64,000 nt of DNA from Planctomycetaceae bacterium (GTDB taxonomy: Bacteria > Planctomycetota > Planctomycetia > Pirellulales > Pirellulaceae), in assembly GCA_040375695.1 (NCBI GenBank), contig JBEIRZ010000002.1, forward strand, positions 2,056 through 66,055, given 5' to 3'. The notes below the pieces were generated by a model. That model had not been told where the DNA came from, did no database searches, and was given only the letters and a program-made list of their open reading frames with translations. Shown in pieces: positions 58,507 to 64,000 of this stretch. Made by a program: the position numbers and the translations under genes. Position 1 is the stretch's first letter. Each line of letters begins with the position of its first letter.

Positions 58507-60795
58507 TCACCTGAACGCGACCCGAGACAGTTGGCGGGCGGCGTATCGTGGGAGACGGATCACCAAAGTCTGTTCATCCCAAAACGCGTTCAATTGCGAA
58601 GTGGTGGCCAAGCCCATCGAGGTCGCGAGACGTCGAGCCACGACTTCGCCAGTGCCTTGTGGGATCCCGATCCAAGTGATCACTTCGTACCGATCGTAAT
58701 TCGCCTCGGACCCGACCCACCACAAGGAACCGCCACCGTCACGGACCTGAAGCCCCGATTCGCCAAAGACCTGGTCAAGGACCTCGCCAGCAGCCAAGCC
58801 GTCCATCAATGGCATCACGAGGTCTGCCGGCGCCACCTCATGCCGTGCCGCATCCCGCCAACTCACGATTGGGGCCACTTGATGGTCGCGACCCATGCGA
58901 CGTAGAAATCCGGCGAGGTTTTGTGGAGATGGCGGTGTCGGTCCGGAAGGCTGCCCCGTGACCAACGGCCAATCGTTGATCGACCGATCGGCGATCGGAT
59001 CCTGACCAACCTTTTGTTCACCCAGCTCTCGATCGATTCCCCATTTGCCCGTCCAGCGGGCCGTCTGCCATCGGCGAAGCTTACCGGGTAAACCGCGTGA
59101 CAAACGGACCGCCTCGGCGGCCAAGACGGTTCGAACGATCGCGGAGCGGTCATCGGGGAGTTTGATCCGCCGCTGCTGCACGTCATACATCCAACCATCT
59201 TCGGCGGGGGGTACGTCGCTAGCTGGCTTAGCGCTTCCCACCCCTTCGGCCGGATCCCGATCGGCACCGTCGGTATCCTGGACATCCTGGGCCACCGATT
59301 TGCCTACCCAACCGACAAGACGTCGGATCGAAGCTGCGGCCCCTTCGGCCGCGTCACCAAAATCGTCCAAAACGATGGCAGGGCCGCTTGCCTCCAGAAG
59401 CTTGGCCGGGCTTGCGAAGACCAAAATCCGTCCGGCGTCTGCTTCCGCTACCAAACCCATAGGCCTCAGCGTCTGATTGAGCCATTCATCAACGGTCAAC
59501 CAACCTGTCGGCGTCATACACGGCTGCGTGACCGCGACACCCGCAAGATCAAGCGAAATCAGCTCAAGCTCGATCGGTACCGTCGTTAACTGAGAGATCA
59601 AAAGCGAAAGCTCGGCGAGTGATAGCCCCTGTTGCTGGATCGCGACCCGCATCGACATCGCCTTGGGGATATCGATCCCTCCCTTTTGTCCGATCGCCCC
59701 ATCGGTACCGGTGTCCTCAGCGGCCGGGCCCATCGGTGTCGAGGTAACGGTCGGGGGAGTCTCGAACATTTGGGGAGGGCCAATGTCGGATGTCGACTCG
59801 TCCATCAACGGAACGAATTTACGTAGCCCAGCCGGCAAAGCATCCAACGATGCGGAATCTAGCCGATCAGAAGACGGTATCCCGTCTGAAGGGGTGTTCG
59901 TACCAGCGGCTTGGGCCGGTTCCGGTTTCACGGATCGGTCCGGTCCAGGGGACGCTGGCTCCACGGTCGGCAAAACCGGCGGTGGCTCGGTTGCTGGAGT
60001 GGTATTTTGATTGACGCCAGCGGTCGCACTTTCGCCAACGGACGAGACAACGGGAAGAGCTGCGGATGTCTCGTCGTTCCGTAGTGCGCTGCCGCCAGTG
60101 GCCATGTTGGCTTGCTGGTCGGCTGCGGGTTGCGATCCTGATACGGTCCCCCCAGCTTCTTCGTCTGGTCGGGCCAAATCGTCAGCCGGTTTATCGGTTG
60201 GTATTGTGGGGCCGTCTGGAGAATCGGCATCGGACAACGGCACATTGGGATCCTGCCGGCTCGCGACCGCCGAATCGCGCGGTTCACGTTCGGAAAACAA
60301 GAGACCAAGGGCCGCGATCAAGAACAGTGCCGCTATGCCGAACCCTGCAATCCATGCGAACCGGCGAGACCGATTAGCGTCAGGTTGCGTGGCCGAGTTT
60401 TGCAGAGTTTCCGACGACGCATCTACCGCCGAATCAAACGAGGGTCCGTCATTCGGCGGGATGACGGCAGGGGGAGGAGAAATACCACCCTCCCCAAGCT
60501 CGCCAATCGAAGGGTGATCCGGACGGGCCCGTTTGGCCATCGGGTCAAGCTTGGCCGATTTTGAGCCTTTGGGCAGGGGGGAACTGTCAGGGCTCGGCAT
60601 CTTCTCAAAAGCCGTATCGGACAACGCTCCGGTGGCGTTTTCCTTAGTATCAACGTCGACGTCATCGGCTCCGATTTCGACAAGCCCCTGACATTTCGGG
60701 CATGGTACAATCGAACCGATCCAACGAGGGTCGGTGACTCGAAAACGCCCCCCGCAACTGAGACAAGTTACCACTGGGCGATTCGATCCTGACAC
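58507..60795 (-). CDS. Hypothetical protein with an N-terminal zinc ribbon, one TM helix and a large C-terminal domain
   Basis: The N-terminus has CLSCGGRFRV...CPKCQG (a four-Cys zinc ribbon). A disordered Pro/Ser/Asp-rich linker flanks the TM helix (FAWIAGFGIAALFLIAALGLLF). A ~400-aa C-terminal region follows. Confidence 0.75.
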   Translation of the reverse strand: MSGSNRPVVTCLSCGGRFRVTDPRWIGSIVPCPKCQGLVEIGADDVDVDTKENATGALSDTAFEKMPSPDSSPLPKGSKSAKLDPMAKRARPDHPSIGELGEGGISPPPAVIPPNDGPSFDSAVDASSETLQNSATQPDANRSRRFAWIAGFGIAALFLIAALGLLFSEREPRDSAVASRQDPNVPLSDADSPDGPTIPTDKPADDLARPDEEAGGTVSGSQPAADQQANMATGGSALRNDETSAALPVVSSVGESATAGVNQNTTPATEPPPVLPTVEPASPGPDRSVKPEPAQAAGTNTPSDGIPSSDRLDSASLDALPAGLRKFVPLMDESTSDIGPPQMFETPPTVTSTPMGPAAEDTGTDGAIGQKGGIDIPKAMSMRVAIQQQGLSLAELSLLISQLTTVPIELELISLDLAGVAVTQPCMTPTGWLTVDEWLNQTLRPMGLVAEADAGRILVFASPAKLLEASGPAIVLDDFGDAAEGAAASIRRLVGWVGKSVAQDVQDTDGADRDPAEGVGSAKPASDVPPAEDGWMYDVQQRRIKLPDDRSAIVRTVLAAEAVRLSRGLPGKLRRWQTARWTGKWGIDRELGEQKVGQDPIADRSINDWPLVTGQPSGPTPPSPQNLAGFLRRMGRDHQVAPIVSWRDAARHEVAPADLVMPLMDGLAAGEVLDQVFGESGLQVRDGGGSLWWVGSEANYDRYEVITWIGIPQGTGEVVARRLATSMGLATTSQLNAFWDEQTLVIRLPRYAARQLSRVAFR

Positions 60796-60841
60796 GGTGG
60801 CTCTCGCCTATAACGGGTGCTGTTTCGATCCGAAAAATCCG

Positions 60842-61102
60842 TCAACCCGACAAGCCCGACAGTTCGATCGCTTCCGACGGGATCAGGGCCGGTATCCCTT
60901 CGCGGACAGCGTAAGCGCGGGAGCCATCTTTCGAAACGAGCAAGCCGTCGATCGGTTGTTCGACGACGCCATCAGCGCGATCTCGCAATTGACGCTTTGC
61001 GATCAGTTCGTTCAGCTTTTGGGTGAGTTCCTCGGGCCCCATGACCAGTGGCTGTCGGTCGATAGGACATCGGAGCAATTCGAGAAATGACGGGTCGAAC
61101 AT
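60842..61102 (-). CDS. Trm112/UPF0434 family protein
   Basis: The ATG at 61102 gives MFDPSFLELLRCPIDRQPL... with C-terminal YAVREGIPALIPSEAI. This is typical of Trm112-like proteins, although here only one Cys of the zinc knuckle is retained. Confidence 0.8.
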   Translation of the reverse strand: MFDPSFLELLRCPIDRQPLVMGPEELTQKLNELIAKRQLRDRADGVVEQPIDGLLVSKDGSRAYAVREGIPALIPSEAIELSGLSG

Positions 61103-61366
61103 GGCGTTTACCGGACGGTTATCCACTTCGTATCGCGGGCTCAATCGGCCAAAAGTTTTGCCAGCCCTATTCTAGGGGCGATCGTGCCACCAATAAGAGC
61201 CGATCGGGAAAAACGAACGTTTCCTTGACTTTTTTCCGAGTGCTGACCGGGGTTTTGCCGAAAGGGTACGTAGCGGGGGCATGGCGAATTTTCTGTTTTT
61301 CCGCATCGACCCTACAAGTTCCGAGGTCGATCGGTTGGGACGGAAATGCGAGCATCCTGAAGGGAA

Positions 61367-62230
61367 TTGAATACTCCCACAAGCACGGTACTAGCGATGA
61401 TGATGATCCCGTCGTTCCGGTTGGTGGCTTCAGTAATCTCGGCCATTTGCCCTCTGCTGATCGGGGTGAAGACCGCACTCGGTGAATTGCCGAAATCGGT
61501 CGCCGCGGGACCTGCATCAATCGCCGATTCGCAAGGGTCTGTTTTTTATGCCGATCCCGCGACAGGAATCGTTTACCGGAAGGTTGTTCATACGACCGAA
61601 AGGGCTGTGGCAAAGACGGAGGTCGATTTTCGCGAAGAAATCGTCTACCGCCCGCAGGTGGTCATCGAAACCAAGCCCGAAACCCGCACCCTGCAGGAAC
61701 CGGTCGTCACCCATTTTTGGAAACCGCGACTCACCAACCGCTGGAACCCTTTCGGGCCAAAGTCGGTCTATTACGAACACACCCCTGAGACCCGCTGGGA
61801 GACGCGAACCGTCGTCGTCCAAAGCCGAGAACCACAGACCCGCTGGCTGACGGATCGGGTGCGGACGGCCGTCCCCCGCCCTTCGATGCGTATCGTCCGG
61901 GAAGAGGTCGTCGGCTATGAAGCTGTGGGAAGAATGCCGGTTCAGGCGAGACCGCCGGCCGCAGATCCCGAGATCGACAACCACCCCGGGTCGATAGCGG
62001 CCCGGCTGAAACCGATCCCGCCACCCCAGGAAGGATCTGGCTTTATCCCCGGCAAGTTGATGCCGGCTTCGGGTCTACCCATTACCCCCATCGCTGCAAA
62101 CGGTAGCCGAACCGAGGCCCACGCCGGATTACGAGCCTCCGAGTTGTTGCCGTCTGATCGTATTGGGGGGCATCGCATATCGGCCGGTGCCGCGATGGCG
62201 GATAGCACGGGATCGGCTGGTTGGCGGTGA
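61367..62230 (+). CDS. Hypothetical secreted protein
   Basis: The N-terminus is signal-like (MMMIPSFRLVASVISAICPLLIGV). The body is Arg/Pro/Thr/Glu-rich. The exact start is uncertain. Confidence 0.55.
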   Translation: MNTPTSTVLAMMMIPSFRLVASVISAICPLLIGVKTALGELPKSVAAGPASIADSQGSVFYADPATGIVYRKVVHTTERAVAKTEVDFREEIVYRPQVVIETKPETRTLQEPVVTHFWKPRLTNRWNPFGPKSVYYEHTPETRWETRTVVVQSREPQTRWLTDRVRTAVPRPSMRIVREEVVGYEAVGRMPVQARPPAADPEIDNHPGSIAARLKPIPPPQEGSGFIPGKLMPASGLPITPIAANGSRTEAHAGLRASELLPSDRIGGHRISAGAAMADSTGSAGWR

Positions 62231-62401
62231 ACTGCTGCGTCGATAAAGCTTCACAGCCACCAATTTTCAAGCCAAACTTTCTACGAAAGGTCCCTCGCCG
62301 AGGTACTGGGGGCGGCCAAGTCGAGCAGATGCCGGTTATGATGGTCTATAAACCACCGGCTCGTTAGCCCTTTCCCGTCGCTAGCCCCAATTCGTTGCCC
62401 C

Positions 62402-64000
62402 ATGTTCGGACCGGTCTTCAATCGCGAAGCCATTGTCGCACCGAAGCGTCTTAAGACATACCTTTCCCGTGCGATTTACTTATTGGCGATGTTCGTCCTG
62501 TTGGCGACGGGTTATCTGGTCCTTGCCGGGACGCGGTCGTTAACCAGCGCCAGCGATCTCTCCAGGTTCGGAGGGGGGATGTTCGCGCTGCTGGCACCGC
62601 TCCAGTTGATCGTACTCTCAAGCTTGGCGGCTGTCGGTTCGTCGAGCAACGTCGCACAGGAGAAAGACCGACGCACGCTCATCCTGCTCTTAATGACCCG
62701 CATCAGCGGCGCCGAACTGGTACTGGGCAAGTGTGGGGCGAGCCTTTTGGGCCCTTTGGCGATGCTGGCCGTCGCCTTGCCGCTGTTTCTGGCGCTTCCG
62801 CTGTTGGGCGGGGTTTCGGCAGGCCAGGTGGGTTTGGTTTACGCGATCACCGGGGCAAGTGTCCTGCTGGCGGCGGCTACCGGAACGGTGGTCGGGCTGT
62901 GGCGTGAGAAAAGTTTCCAGGCGATCGCGACGACGGTGTTGATACTGTTACTCTACGTGGTCGCCGCCGAACTCGTTTCGCGCGGTTTGCTCGGTAGTGA
63001 CGCGGCGAAGTTGGCCGCTTGGGTCAACCCGATCCGGGCGATCGATGCGGCCCTAAGCCCGTTAGCCTCATCGGCGGGTGGCGCAAAGGTCTCGCTGGGT
63101 TTCTCGCTACTGATTGCTACCGCTTCCGCAATCGTCCTATCGATCGGGATCGCAAGGGTTCGCATCTGGAACCCGTCCCGCGAGGTCCGTTTTAAAGCAC
63201 CCGAACCGGAAACGGGGGAAGAGCTGAAACGGCTCCAATCGGAGCAGGCGGGTCCAAGCCCGGCCGTCAACCTTGCCGAGTGGCGTGCTCGCCAACCTCG
63301 CACGGTTTGGAAAAATCCGGTGTTGTGGCGTGAGATCTGTACCTGGGCCTATGGCCGCAAGGTGCTGCTCGTGCGATTGGCATTCCTGCTCCTGTTTTGC
63401 GTCGCGGCCACGATCGTCGTTTCGAGCATCCGCAACGGACAGGCATTAAAGCGTTTCGACGCCAACGAAAGCGCCTTGCCGGTGACGACCCTTCCCGTGG
63501 CTGCGATCGGTGTCATCAGCCTCGTCTTGGTCAATGCGTTGGCGGTGAACTCGATAACGAACGAAAGGGACGGGCTCGCTCTCGATTTGCTGATGGTGAC
63601 CGATCTCCGCCCTGCCGAATTCCTCTTCGGCAAATTGCTCGGGGTCTTGTACGTCACGAAAGAGATGATCCTCTTGCCCTTGGGGCTGATCTTTTTTCTC
63701 GGGACCAGCGGGGCGATGACTTGGGAGAATACGTTGTTCACCCTATTAGGGGCGACTGTGCTCTACGTATTCGCGGTGGTCCTGGGGATACACAGTGGCC
63801 TGAATTACATCGCCGGCAGGACAGCCACACTGGTGAGCTTGGGTACCGTCTTTTTCCTTTGCGTCGGTGTCGCGATCTGCATGGTGATCATGGTCAGTTT
63901 CCGCGGTGCCTTTCAACTTCAGTTGGCACCCTTCTTGGCCATGATCTTGGGAGGTGGGGCGGCATTGTTTGCTGCCTTAGGATGGCGCACCCCTTCCTCA
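62402..64000 (+). CDS. ABC-2-type transporter permease with internally duplicated halves; the 3' end runs off the right window edge
   Basis: The ATG at 62402 opens a 533-codon frame with no stop to the window end, so it is absent from the ORF track. The product has many TM helices. Two halves each carry the ABC-2-like motif: QEKDRRTLILLLMTRISGAELVLGK and NERDGLALDLLMVTDLRPAEFLFGK. Confidence 0.75.
   Translation, partial: MFGPVFNREAIVAPKRLKTYLSRAIYLLAMFVLLATGYLVLAGTRSLTSASDLSRFGGGMFALLAPLQLIVLSSLAAVGSSSNVAQEKDRRTLILLLMTRISGAELVLGKCGASLLGPLAMLAVALPLFLALPLLGGVSAGQVGLVYAITGASVLLAAATGTVVGLWREKSFQAIATTVLILLLYVVAAELVSRGLLGSDAAKLAAWVNPIRAIDAALSPLASSAGGAKVSLGFSLLIATASAIVLSIGIARVRIWNPSREVRFKAPEPETGEELKRLQSEQAGPSPAVNLAEWRARQPRTVWKNPVLWREICTWAYGRKVLLVRLAFLLLFCVAATIVVSSIRNGQALKRFDANESALPVTTLPVAAIGVISLVLVNALAVNSITNERDGLALDLLMVTDLRPAEFLFGKLLGVLYVTKEMILLPLGLIFFLGTSGAMTWENTLFTLLGATVLYVFAVVLGIHSGLNYIAGRTATLVSLGTVFFLCVGVAICMVIMVSFRGAFQLQLAPFLAMILGGGAALFAALGWRTPSS

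Overview
The window is moderately GC-rich, gene-dense bacterial chromosome. Gene content points to Planctomycetota (Pirellulales-like), as an inference only. The supporting genes are two formylglycine-type sulfatases, a DUF1080 protein, a 1271-aa heme-binding dehydrogenase-like protein with HEAT-like repeats and a C-terminal CxxCH, a TAT-signal Gfo/Idh/MocA oxidoreductase, a receptor-like Ser/Thr kinase and a PP2C phosphatase.

I support about 50 protein-coding genes and three tRNAs: Leu-GAG, Ser-GCU and Lys-UUU. Recognisable housekeeping genes include queC, ygiQ, rnhA, gap, a long aspartokinase, a PcrA/UvrD helicase, phoU, a CDF transporter, a YjbQ-family gene and a Trm112-like gene. Two CDS run off the window edges and are missing from the ORF track: 1..398 (-) and 62402..64000 (+).

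I saw no CRISPR array, transposase, integrase, rRNA or recognisable defence system.

The most unusual loci are:
1. Two cysteine-rich ORFs lie co-directionally downstream of the YgiQ radical-SAM gene. One is a mini-ORF whose signal-peptide-like leader is separated from an 11-Cys body by a single in-frame TAG.
2. A membrane-anchored P-loop GTPase is split by a +1 frameshift in a T6 run. It sits in a tight co-directional cluster and shares an ATGA overlap with a CDF transporter, followed by PhoU.
3. A 681-aa protein carries a 65-residue Met/Gly-rich block built partly from perfect 15-nt tandem repeats.

None of these is demonstrated to be a new system. All functional calls rest on motif recognition by eye, not on database searches.
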